NCBI GenBank assembly: GCA_945859975.1
Contig: CAMAPH010000002.1
Span: 32,001-96,000 of the forward strand
Length of the DNA: 64,000 nucleotides
Reading direction: 5' to 3'
Source: Chthonomonas calidirosea
GTDB lineage: Bacteria; Armatimonadota; Fimbriimonadia; Fimbriimonadales; Fimbriimonadaceae
The translations under genes and the position numbers were made by a program. The first letter of the stretch is position 1, and each line of letters starts with the position of its first letter. The notes under the pieces are model-generated. The model ran no database searches. It saw nothing but the letters and a program-made list of their open reading frames with translations, and had not been told where the DNA came from. Shown here piece after piece: positions 11,201 to 19,481 of the stretch.

Positions 11201-13439
11201 CGTTGTACTGGAAGCGAGCGAAGTAGCTCGAGTTTCCGTTCCAAGCGGTCGGAATGTTAGGAATGTCGAACTCGTTGTTCCCTGCGAGAATGAACTCAAC
11301 GGGGTCCCCCGCAACTGGGCTTTCTGATGGCTTAATGCTAAAGCCAGCAAGCTGGTCTTCCCCGTCGCCACCAAAGATGAGGGCCTGGGAAGGAAGTGGG
11401 TTCAGCGATGAGCCGGACTTGGCGAATCGAATGACGAACATGTCGGACGGCCGACGAACTGCGTAGGTCGGTCGTGGCAACAAGCCGTTGTCATTCATCG
11501 TGAAGGCAACGGAGTCTGTTGCTCGGTCACCAATAAAGGTCTTCCGCATGATGCCATTTGGCAATGCGGCTGCGTTGAGCGCGGTTACGAGGATATTGCC
11601 ATCGCCGATGCCAGGGAAAGCTGAAAGTCCAGCCTGCATCTGAGCAGCGTTCGCGTTGAAGTTGAAAGCACCGGCATCGGCACCGAATTGCAGTGCGAAG
11701 CTTCCACCCGTTGGAATTGTGGTGGTGTTGTCCCAGAACGTGAACCACGTTCGAGGTGAAACGATTTCGAACACGCCACCAGTGAGGTTCGCGTTGTTAA
11801 CCGTGATCTGGCTGAGTGGCGCCGCTAGGTTGATGTAGATCAGGTATGGAACCTGACCGATGTCGGCTGGGAGCGCAGCAGATCGAAGTTCGATGTTTCC
11901 GTTGAGCTCAGGAATCGCGTTGAGCGCGTTGAACACGTTCTGGCCGTTTGCGTTGAATGCCAATGGCACCGTTTCAACCCCGTTATAGCTAAGGGTGTAG
12001 AAGCCACCAGTCGGAACCGTATCGTTAACCGCTCGTAGAATCTGGGAGAAGTTCTGAATCGATTCAACTTCTCGGTAGCGAGGTCGCATACCGGTGCTGT
12101 TGATCGTCAACGTGCCGTTGAATGCGCGATTGAGCTCAACCTTATAGGTTGCTCCGTCTGCCAGCGTGCCCGCACCGGCCTTTAGCGTGACAACCACGTT
12201 GCCAACGCCGAAGAATGGCTCAAGGAAGGCCTGAATGTCAGAAGGACTCGCATCGAACGGAATCGGACCAAAGGTGGTTCCCTGGTACGACATCGTGAAG
12301 GTGCCACCAGTTGGAGCGCTCGCCGAAGTCAGCTCGATCAGCTGAATGTTGTTTCGCGTATTCGTTGGGAAGTTGAGCGAGCCAGTGATACCGGCAATCC
12401 AAACGTTTCCGAAAGGATCAACGCCGATGCGCGTACCCTCATCGTCTCGGTTTCCACCGAAGAGAGCCGCGTAGTCATGGCTGTAAGCGTCGCCCTGAAG
12501 CTTGGTCAGGTAGGCATCGTATCCGCCCTGAAGGTTGAATCCGTAAGGTCCAAAAATGGCTGGGAACTGGGATGCTCGGGTCTTTCCGGTGAGATAAACG
12601 CCACCGTCGATGTCGGAGCTAACTGCCTGGACCGTATCTGGGCCGTTGTCGCCACCGTAGTAGCTGCCGTAGATAAGCGGGTCGATGACGAGCTTCTTGC
12701 TCGCGTCGTAGGCACCGAGCTTAAAGCCGATGGAACTGGAAGAGAGCTTGACGAACTTCGAAGCAACCGTCTTCTGCTTTCCGTTGACAACTTGGTAAGC
12801 CTTCAGGCCGACCATTTCTTTCGTCCCGAGGGCAGTGCCGATTGCGAGGTCACCCTTTGGAGTAATGGAAAGGGACTTGGCACCGCTGAACTTCAACTCG
12901 ATAACCGAAGGATCCGTGTTCGGAGCAACTTCGATGTCGTATCGCGCGGCGCGTCCATCTACATAGCTTCGGAGATCTATGCCCTTGTAAATGCCTTTCG
13001 AGCGGACTTCGTTAAATCCGTTCGCCCGGGTTGCCGATCCATCTTTGTTGACGAAGTCTCGGATGACATCCTTGCGGAATTCGCCGGCAACCTGTGCTTG
13101 GTTCCCGCCCGCAAACTCCACCGCAACGGCATGGCCCGACAATTTGTCGGTTGGCTTCGCGGCCTTATAGTCCAACACAAAGCCCTTCGAGGTGACCCAG
13201 TAGTCAATCTCGGAGGAGCGAAGCAAGAACTTGGCCTTGGAATTCCATTGCCCGGCGTTTTCGACAAAGGAGAGCGGACGCTCATTCACTTTTCGATTGG
13301 CCTCAGACAAGTCCATGTCTTTACCCTTGGTTTGCGGGACCTGAGCGCCTCCCAGCGCCATGCCCACGAGTGAAAAAATTCCAAGCGCTACAGCACTCAG
13401 AACGCTAAATCTTTTTGATTTCAACAGCAAGTAAGCCAC
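8226..13439 (-). CDS. Large secreted SBBP-repeat surface protein with internal repeats and six C-terminal Ig-like repeats (1737 aa)
   Basis: Signal peptide; FVENAGQW...LVIDP N-domain; SBBP blades (YGSYYGG, GRTNSFNYP, YSSYLGG); C-terminal P..V.GG...G.V.L..PAP.GG repeats. Confidence 0.9.
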   Translation of the reverse strand: MAYLLLKSKRFSVLSAVALGIFSLVGMALGGAQVPQTKGKDMDLSEANRKVNERPLSFVENAGQWNSKAKFLLRSSEIDYWVTSKGFVLDYKAAKPTDKLSGHAVAVEFAGGNQAQVAGEFRKDVIRDFVNKDGSATRANGFNEVRSKGIYKGIDLRSYVDGRAARYDIEVAPNTDPSVIELKFSGAKSLSITPKGDLAIGTALGTKEMVGLKAYQVVNGKQKTVASKFVKLSSSSIGFKLGAYDASKKLVIDPLIYGSYYGGDNGPDTVQAVSSDIDGGVYLTGKTRASQFPAIFGPYGFNLQGGYDAYLTKLQGDAYSHDYAALFGGNRDDEGTRIGVDPFGNVWIAGITGSLNFPTNTRNNIQLIELTSASAPTGGTFTMSYQGTTFGPIPFDASPSDIQAFLEPFFGVGNVVVTLKAGAGTLADGATYKVELNRAFNGTLTINSTGMRPRYREVESIQNFSQILRAVNDTVPTGGFYTLSYNGVETVPLAFNANGQNVFNALNAIPELNGNIELRSAALPADIGQVPYLIYINLAAPLSQITVNNANLTGGVFEIVSPRTWFTFWDNTTTIPTGGSFALQFGADAGAFNFNANAAQMQAGLSAFPGIGDGNILVTALNAAALPNGIMRKTFIGDRATDSVAFTMNDNGLLPRPTYAVRRPSDMFVIRFAKSGSSLNPLPSQALIFGGDGEDQLAGFSIKPSESPVAGDPVEFILAGNNEFDIPNIPTAWNGNSSYFARFQYNGSFTVSAANTGYFTDGRSTVIGGAVLDAEGSMYIGGGVVNTGNVDTSINPVFVTTPNAFEGGRLLRNSDLFARKYNSSGTMLYSVLVGGNNAEVIGGFGTDSTGAALNVGSAIAVDLQGNAYIVGRTNSFNYPRTRGVFGETFTNSLVMVATKINSDGSAISYSTNLRTSNGARDAANLLPAGIAVDLAGNVHITGNLHPYAWFPENNGADPADPNEPVENVIGSVPVTADALDPDIEIPEPGQLPTSEGFYMVLNNTATNLLYSSYLGGVLDDIVFGPYVDAFGDSWLCGYTDSFRQYIIFSSTGTPTVHQLNASLPASLITPLAFKANGDAAGGFSVNGVLYGALNPSYPFVDPLAFPPPDGQAPQPLPTVSATYQRDGFVLRQRVAFPSADSVVLTPNTIPGGLGANSIATFTLSAAAPAGGADVTVTLNNSAVASFANGADQTTLQFNIPAGQTTATFPVFSKPVNQNATVDIRATYLGSFKIARLNVIPWLQQLGLTPTDVVGGNTVSGRVTLAAAAPASGVTVDLLTDSPSLINFGTGVTTVTIPAGQQTGNFTINTLGVAQTRFPTVTASLLGVGRTQSITVRPITLSSLTFAPSRVAGGATTTGTVVFSGRTGEPFNLRIRLNAGTGGYRFRADAASPQVGELVLPIPADTTSATFLLDTKFEAVNTQRVATAQVLSTTGTAVGTPASGTIFVDAINLTGFSINPTSILGGGTAQATVTIGAPAPQGGVTINLESAKPAIAPVPASVNIEPGQTSVVFDIPTSVVFGNNEAVGFKARRGSLVRSASLNVLAGEFGLTLDPATVTGGTQNSVGTIDIGSPAPAGGLVVLTRSSNTAAAVVPNSITIPAGEQIGTFPITTRSVTDETPVTISAILGKITVTRTLTVNTTKLLGFTISPNQLRPLRNALATVELATPAPTGGVVVDIQLNTSLFAVYPTTLKVTVPAGQTTATFNLQAKALSINTRTTVRATAGGSTIGVIVDIRR
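11450..12360 (-). repeat. Three tandem 100-aa repeats within the SBBP protein
   Basis: PTGGTFTMSY, PTGGFYTLSY and PTGGSFALQF begin at 12314, 12014 and 11714 (exact 300-nt period). Confidence 0.85.
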
Positions 13440-13603
13440 CTCTCGATCGGTTAACCCTCAATTCGTCAGGCATCTGTTCAGCACGAAGCCGAGCAAAAGC
13501 CCTACCAGTTGGACGTCAGTATAGATCACAAGACCCAAAAAGACAGTCCTAAGCCAACGTTTAGACGCGATGTGAACGTCAAATGGTGCGGACCGGGTGC
13601 GTG

Positions 13604-14359
13604 TTAACGACCCATTTCGCGGATATTTACCAGGCACTGGCGAATTGCCTCAAGCGGAGACATGCCTTCGTACGACTCGTGCTCCACGATGTACCACTCC
13701 GTTCCCGCCACGGATTCGCAGGCCTGGAACACGTCCATCCATGGCACCAACCCTTCGCCGATCACTTTCGCACCGTGCTCGCCGCTCCATTCTTTAAGGT
13801 GCGTCGAGAGCCCTCGGCCGGGAAATTCGAGAATTGGCTGCACAGGATCGGCTCCGGCGGACATGCCATTTGCCGTGTCGTATTGCATCACGAAGTCATC
13901 GGGGGTGTTCTCGCCCAAGATCGTGTATGACGACTTCCCTCCTTCGATCACCACCATATCGGTACCGTGGGCGTGGAAGCCAAGGCGGAACCCATGCTCA
14001 CGGACTCTTGCCGTAAGGTCCGAAAGGAGTTTGCTGGTTTCCAACGTGTGCTCCGCCGTGTCGTGCATCTCCATTGGCAAGCCAGGAATGATCAGGTCTC
14101 GGATTCCGAGGACCTTATGAAACTCGATCGTCGCATCGAACTTATCGGCGTCGAAATTGCCCAAGCCGATGTGAGTCGATGGAGCAGTGATCCCGGCGGC
14201 GTCCAGCGTAGCTTTAAGCGTTTCGGCGGAATGCCCGAAGTAACCGGCAAATTCGACACCCTGATAGCCGAACTCCGCAACTTTCGCAATGCTGCCCAGA
14301 AGGTCCGCTTCGCAATCTTGGCGGATTGAATACAGTTGAACACCGACAGGAATTTTCAT
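13604..14359 (-). CDS. Sugar phosphate isomerase/epimerase (xylose isomerase-like TIM barrel)
   Basis: GVQLYSIR, GYQGVEFAG, HLKE, WYIVEHE. Confidence 0.9.
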   Translation of the reverse strand: MKIPVGVQLYSIRQDCEADLLGSIAKVAEFGYQGVEFAGYFGHSAETLKATLDAAGITAPSTHIGLGNFDADKFDATIEFHKVLGIRDLIIPGLPMEMHDTAEHTLETSKLLSDLTARVREHGFRLGFHAHGTDMVVIEGGKSSYTILGENTPDDFVMQYDTANGMSAGADPVQPILEFPGRGLSTHLKEWSGEHGAKVIGEGLVPWMDVFQACESVAGTEWYIVEHESYEGMSPLEAIRQCLVNIREMGR

Positions 14360-14425
14360 GCCGGGCGGCTTTTACCCTTTCAACGCCCCTTTCAACCATG
14401 GGACTTTCCGAGTTACCATGAGACC

Positions 14426-15325
14426 GTGCCGGAGCTTCCCGACGTCGAACTGTACGTAACCCGGCTTTCCGAGCGGGTGCTTACCCAGCCGATCGAATCC
14501 TTTAGTTGCTTCAACCCATTTGTGCTCCGAACGGTCTCACCTAAGCCGTCCGAGCTAACCGGCCGAGTGGTTACCAATGTCTCGAGGCTGGGCAAGCGAA
14601 TCGTGCTGACCACGGAACCCGAGGCACATATTGTCGTGCACCTCATGATCGCCGGGAGATTCGAGTGGCACGCGCAAAAACTCACCAAACGACCGAATGG
14701 CAAAGTTCAGATTGCGGCACTTGATTTTCCCACCGGAACGCTTGTTCTTCGAGAAATTGCCACGAAGAAGCGAGCCTCAATCGGGATCTACTCGTCCGAG
14801 GCAGAGCTACGAGCCATCGACCCGGGAGGAATTGAGCCCCTAACTGCCGCCCTCGATACCTTTCGAAAAGCACTCGCCCAGCAAAATCGCACCGTTAAGC
14901 GGGCCCTGACCGATCCCAAGACGATCAGCGGAATCGGTAACGCGTACTCGGACGAGATTCTGTTTTGGGCTCGACTGTCCCCTGTTCGCCAAACCCAAAA
15001 GCTAAGCGATCAGGAGTGGTTGCATCTCTTCAATGCAACTCAGGAAACTCTGACTCGTTGGCGGGATCAGCTCGCTCGCGACATTCCTGGCTTCCCTGCT
15101 CCCGCCCAAATCACTGCCTTCCGGCCAGATTTTGCCGTTCACGGACGATTTGGCCAGCCCTGCCCGGTGTGCGAGGCCCCGGTTCAGCGCATCGCTCACG
15201 AAGACAATGAGACCAACTATTGCGCCGCTTGCCAGAACGAGGGACGACTCCTTGCGGACCGCAGCCTAAGTCAGTTGTTCAAAAGCGATTGGCCCCGAAC
15301 CCTCGACGAACTGGCGAGAGAGTGA
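14426..15325 (+). CDS. Fpg/Nei family DNA glycosylase
   Basis: GTG start gives (M)PELPDVE; RLGKRI, HLMIAG, GIGNAYSDE, CPVC...CAACQ zinc finger. Confidence 0.93.
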   Translation: MPELPDVELYVTRLSERVLTQPIESFSCFNPFVLRTVSPKPSELTGRVVTNVSRLGKRIVLTTEPEAHIVVHLMIAGRFEWHAQKLTKRPNGKVQIAALDFPTGTLVLREIATKKRASIGIYSSEAELRAIDPGGIEPLTAALDTFRKALAQQNRTVKRALTDPKTISGIGNAYSDEILFWARLSPVRQTQKLSDQEWLHLFNATQETLTRWRDQLARDIPGFPAPAQITAFRPDFAVHGRFGQPCPVCEAPVQRIAHEDNETNYCAACQNEGRLLADRSLSQLFKSDWPRTLDELARE

Positions 15326-15364
15326 GGTTTCGGGCGTGACGGTAGCGGTCTCGAGCGGGCGGTT

Positions 15365-15787
15365 TCACCGATCACGAGACGATGCCCGCGGCAACGCTAA
15401 GTCCTGCTGAAAGAGTGCTTCCAAGCTCAGGCTCTCGATATCTTCGTCCCGGGCGGGCCACATTTCAAAGGGTCCGCCATCGTGTGCGTCTCCTCGCCGA
15501 TGCCAAAGCCCGCTGATCATTTGGCCATCCCATTTTCCGTCGTAGTCGTACGGAATGCCCACGCCTGACTGAGTTGGCTCGGTGGTAACAACGTAGACCC
15601 TGGTCAGCGTAACCCGCTCGCGCCGCAGTTGAAATTGGCCAGAAAGCTCGAACTCACCGTCCTTGTCTATCCCAGTGCCAAAGATCACCGAATCAGCAAT
15701 CGTCAACTTCATGCGTTCCGAAATTCGGAGTCCATTCTGGATTGACCAACCCATCCAAGGGCCGGAGAGTGAATTTAGGTCCAACAT
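15365..15787 (-). CDS. Hypothetical beta-rich protein
   Basis: Gly/Trp-patterned strands (SGPWMG, GEFELSG, ISGLW, GPFEMWP). Start uncertain (15787 or 15805). Confidence 0.7.
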   Translation of the reverse strand: MLDLNSLSGPWMGWSIQNGLRISERMKLTIADSVIFGTGIDKDGEFELSGQFQLRRERVTLTRVYVVTTEPTQSGVGIPYDYDGKWDGQMISGLWHRRGDAHDGGPFEMWPARDEDIESLSLEALFQQDLALPRASSRDR

Positions 15788-15841
15788 GATCTGTTCGTAA
15801 CGCACGGAAGAAACCCGCGTCTGTTTTGCCGTACTATCCGC

Positions 15842-16870
15842 ATGATGACTCCACTGGCTTTTCTAGCCATTTACCAACAACGTCCCGGAGACGCCGTGGT
15901 TGCCCAGCTTGAGGCGCAAAAGCCACCCGCACTAGACCAGACGAAGATCGACCAGCCAGAGTATCGGCAGCAATACGTCACCGAGCAGACGAGCTATCTC
16001 AACCGGAAAGCCGAACTGATTATGAACTTGGTGAGGGTGGATGCGAAACATCCCCGGGCACCGGAGTTCTTCGAGAATCGATGGCAACTCTTTTTGCCGA
16101 ACGGCGAGGTTTCGATGGCGGAATTTCGGGTGCAGAAGCTTGCAGCGATCGACGGTTTTTTGCTGGAAAAGCCCAGTGAGCCGTTCCGTGAGATCACGAT
16201 GGCGGCCCGGCAAGAGATCCTGATTGAGCAACGGGACGGAACGGAACTTGATCCGACCGAGCCGGCCTTTAGCTTCGTAACGGACTACCCAAACAGCCCT
16301 CGCGCAGCACGACTGCTTTTCGTGTCTGGGTTCGTTGCCGATCCGCCGCAGCGAAAACTGGCCTACACAAAGTTCCTCGAAAAGTTTCCAAATCACCGCA
16401 TGGTCCCGAGCGTGAAGGAGTCCCTGGAACTACTCAACAACGTCGGTAAACCTGGCAGCCTTGAGTTCGACGATATCAATTCCGGCCGCAAAGTCTCTCT
16501 TGCTGGTCTCAAAGGAAAAGTCGTTGTCGTCGACTTTTGGACCTCGTCTTGGAACGTTTACTTCAACGAACTGCCCACACTGAAGGAGACTTATGCCTTG
16601 GTCGCACCCAAAGGCGCCGAGTTTATTGGCATCAATCTCGATCTGGGTGATGGTGACGAACCGCTGGCAGCGGTCAAAAAACTCGTCAAAGAGACCGGGA
16701 TTCCTTGGCCACAACAGTTCACGGGGAAAGGCATGAATGATGCTTTTCCGAAGGGCCTAAATGTGAAAACCCTCCCTTGTCGTTTGGTTTACGACAAGAA
16801 AGGGATGCTTCGAACGGTTAATCCATCGAATCTGCGCAGCACTCTAAACAAGCTGCTGGCAGAAAAGTGA
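15842..16870 (+). CDS. TlpA-like thioredoxin-fold protein lacking the CxxC motif
   Basis: LKGKVVVVDFWTSSWNVYFNELP, FIGINLD, PWPQ, LP..LVYDKKG; helical N-terminal region. Confidence 0.85.
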   Translation: MMTPLAFLAIYQQRPGDAVVAQLEAQKPPALDQTKIDQPEYRQQYVTEQTSYLNRKAELIMNLVRVDAKHPRAPEFFENRWQLFLPNGEVSMAEFRVQKLAAIDGFLLEKPSEPFREITMAARQEILIEQRDGTELDPTEPAFSFVTDYPNSPRAARLLFVSGFVADPPQRKLAYTKFLEKFPNHRMVPSVKESLELLNNVGKPGSLEFDDINSGRKVSLAGLKGKVVVVDFWTSSWNVYFNELPTLKETYALVAPKGAEFIGINLDLGDGDEPLAAVKKLVKETGIPWPQQFTGKGMNDAFPKGLNVKTLPCRLVYDKKGMLRTVNPSNLRSTLNKLLAEK

Positions 16871-16872
16871 CC

Positions 16873-18048
16873 TTACTTCCGTTGGGCTGACTTCTTCTTG
16901 GCCAGGGCCTTTCCGATGAATTCGGTAACGCCAGGGCCACGAAGCTGTTGCGCATCGGCAAGAATTTCGCCCGTGTCACCGTCGACGAGAAGCACAAACG
17001 GAATGCCATCAACGTCGTACTGCTTTCCAAGGGTCGTTTCCCAGAACTTCCCTTCGTAGATGTGCTTCCAAGTCATGTTGTTCTTGGCGGTGAACTCCTT
17101 GACCTTGTCGCCCTGATTGGCCTGGTCGAAGCTGATTCCGACGATTTCAAATCCTTGGGCGTGCCACTTCTCGTAAGCCGCCTTGACGTTTGGAAGCTCG
17201 GCAATGCAAGGTCCACACCAGGTTGCCCAGAAGTCGAGCATTACGAGTTTGCCCTTGTAGTCCACCGGGAACTTCAAGGTCTTACCCTCAAGCGTCTTCG
17301 CCTCAAAGGTTAGTGCCTTCTGTCCGATCGCGAGGTTCGGTGGCATCTCCGCCATCGGCAACTTTTCGGGGGCCGTCTCAAGAACCAGACTCTCGTCCTT
17401 GTAATTCAATTGGTAGGTCGTTCCGGTGAAATTGAATGGCTTGCCGACGCTTACGCGTTCTTTGAATGTGCTGATGGATCCGTTACCATCACGGTCGATG
17501 CCCAAGGACATTTCTGCCGAAGGCTCACCGGCAATGAACGTCGTGAACGACTTTCCATCAAGAGCAAAGCTCAGCTCATAGCCAAAGTCTGGGTAGTAGA
17601 GCACCGTGTCCTTGAGTGCTGCTCGTGCCGGGTCTTTAGGATCGAATCGGTAGAACTTGACTTCGACTGGCTCCGACTTGCCGATATCGACCTTTGCCGC
17701 ACCAAAGAAGATTGTCGATGGTCCGTTTTTTCGAGCTTCCCAGGTTGCCGTCGGATCGTTCGAAAGATCCGTGTCGCCGTTTGAGTCAACGTAGAACTTG
17801 GCTGGCTTCCCTTCTGGCTCATCGAGAATATATGCGAAAGACTTCTTTCCAACTTGGATGGCGCCGTACTTTGGATTTTCCAACGAGGCTGGCTTCCCTT
17901 TCAGGTTTGGCTCCGCCGTAAACTTGGCCTGAACCGGGCGATAGCCGCCTGCTTTTTCTGAGGCTCCAGAGGCGATGAGCTTGAGCGCAACCGTGTCGCT
18001 GGTTGCCGCGAGGACGAAGAGTGCCGTCGTAAGCATAGGTCGGGTCAT
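16873..18048 (-). CDS. TlpA-family disulfide reductase with N-terminal extension
   Basis: DFWATWCGPCIAELP, IVGISFD, GIPFVLLVD; signal peptide. Confidence 0.92.
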   Translation of the reverse strand: MTRPMLTTALFVLAATSDTVALKLIASGASEKAGGYRPVQAKFTAEPNLKGKPASLENPKYGAIQVGKKSFAYILDEPEGKPAKFYVDSNGDTDLSNDPTATWEARKNGPSTIFFGAAKVDIGKSEPVEVKFYRFDPKDPARAALKDTVLYYPDFGYELSFALDGKSFTTFIAGEPSAEMSLGIDRDGNGSISTFKERVSVGKPFNFTGTTYQLNYKDESLVLETAPEKLPMAEMPPNLAIGQKALTFEAKTLEGKTLKFPVDYKGKLVMLDFWATWCGPCIAELPNVKAAYEKWHAQGFEIVGISFDQANQGDKVKEFTAKNNMTWKHIYEGKFWETTLGKQYDVDGIPFVLLVDGDTGEILADAQQLRGPGVTEFIGKALAKKKSAQRK

Positions 18049-18090
18049 TATAACGCAGGGGTGCAGAAATCCCTAACTTCGCCTAACAAC

Positions 18091-18456
18091 CTAAATTGAG
18101 AACCGACTCAAGTCTTCCAATCGAATAAATTCGAGCGCGGCTTCGTGTGTACATTCGAGATCCACGTTTGGAGCAACGCCTGCTTCAAAGGCTTCCTGCC
18201 AACGGAGGGCGCAAAGGCACCAGCGATCTCCGGGGGAAAGGCCCGGAAACCCAAACTCAACGCGAGGAGTGCTGAGGTCGTTCCCGGCGGCTTGCGAAAA
18301 GGCGAGAAATCCTTGCGTCATTACCGCGCAGACGGTGTGGTTTCCAGTGTCTGCGGGTCCGGTATCGCAACAGCCGTTCCGGAAAAAGCCGGTCATCGGC
18401 CGCGTTCCGCAAACGCCAAGCGGCCCACCGAGAACATTTCGAGAGGGCCGCTTCAT
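18091..18456 (-). CDS. DUF2237 family protein
   Basis: NVLGGPL..C...PMTGFFRNGCC, GNDLSTP, WCLCALRW. Confidence 0.92.
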   Translation of the reverse strand: MKRPSRNVLGGPLGVCGTRPMTGFFRNGCCDTGPADTGNHTVCAVMTQGFLAFSQAAGNDLSTPRVEFGFPGLSPGDRWCLCALRWQEAFEAGVAPNVDLECTHEAALEFIRLEDLSRFSI

Positions 18457-18485
18457 CTCTTAAGCCTAGCCGAACCGGCCGCTTG

Positions 18486-18968
18486 CTAGCTCGGGAACCC
18501 AGGCGCGGTTTTGATGATGTACACCTGCCCCTGGTGATAGCCCGGATGATAGGCAAGCCGGGCAAACGCACCCGTTCCGTCGATCACTGGCCCAAGCGCG
18601 CTGACAATCTGCATGGCTCGAATCTCCGGCGTTGGATTCTCGATTAGCGGCTGGATGATCGCATTTCCAAGCTCAAACGCCTTTGTCACGAACTCCGGTG
18701 TCAACTCGTCCGGCGAAAACGGGAACGGCTTGTCATTGATGCTGCCATCGGTCGCGGCAGCCTTTAGCCGAAGGTGCAAATCGTCAAGCTCCAATCCGGT
18801 GAGCTGAGATCCAAACGAGACCTCGACTCCGGCCACGTGAACCGCAAGCTCAGCGAGCGTAAGGACACCCGGATGAAGTCGCCAGTTGAGCTGCTCGTGG
18901 GTAAGTCCTTCCAAGTCTCGAATGAGACGACCTCTGACAAGCGACCAAGTTTCGGAGAAATCAGACAT
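18486..18968 (-). CDS. DinB family protein
   Basis: QLNWR, AVHVAGVE, YHPGYHQGQV. Confidence 0.85.
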   Translation of the reverse strand: MSDFSETWSLVRGRLIRDLEGLTHEQLNWRLHPGVLTLAELAVHVAGVEVSFGSQLTGLELDDLHLRLKAAATDGSINDKPFPFSPDELTPEFVTKAFELGNAIIQPLIENPTPEIRAMQIVSALGPVIDGTGAFARLAYHPGYHQGQVYIIKTAPGFPS

Positions 18969-19431
18969 TCGCTGCCTCCGCCTTAAGCAAGTTGCCGATG
19001 AAGTTGATCTGCCCTTCGTGGTAAGCCATGTTCCATAGAGGATAGGTCAAAATGTCGGCCATTGTCCAAGGGGTTGGCATCGGCGATTCGATAATCGCAT
19101 GGAGATCGTCGTCGTTCAATGCCTGGGCAAACTCGGTGAGCTTTGCAAACTGAGCCCGCGTGCTCGATTCTAGGTCGTCAATTTCCACCAGCGATTTTCG
19201 ATCCTCCAGCCACTTGGCCGTCATTTCGGGAGACCAGACCAGCTTACGATCCGCATACATGCTCCAGAACTGCTCGACGGCGGTCGCGACTTCTTGCAGT
19301 TGACAACGAACCGATCGCGATTCCGATGAAGCTTCCCAATCGAGCTTGTCGGCCGGAATCGCACGTGCGGCAGCGAACAGTTTGTCAATTTGCGATTCGG
19401 TTTGGTGGATCAAAAACTCAACGGCTTTCAT
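18961..19431 (-). CDS. DinB-like protein
   Basis: IPADKLDW, WNMAYHEGQINFI; overlaps the next DinB start. Start moved to MKAVEF. Confidence 0.8.
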   Translation of the reverse strand: MKAVEFLIHQTESQIDKLFAAARAIPADKLDWEASSESRSVRCQLQEVATAVEQFWSMYADRKLVWSPEMTAKWLEDRKSLVEIDDLESSTRAQFAKLTEFAQALNDDDLHAIIESPMPTPWTMADILTYPLWNMAYHEGQINFIGNLLKAEAANV

Positions 19432-19481
19432 CACCAATAGTGTGCCCCGAATCCAACTTCCGCTCAACGGTAACCTAAACC

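Noticed and set aside
16532..16576. Selenocysteine explanation for the Cys-less TlpA
   Set aside because: The codons are TGG and TAC, not TGA, and the ORF is uninterrupted.
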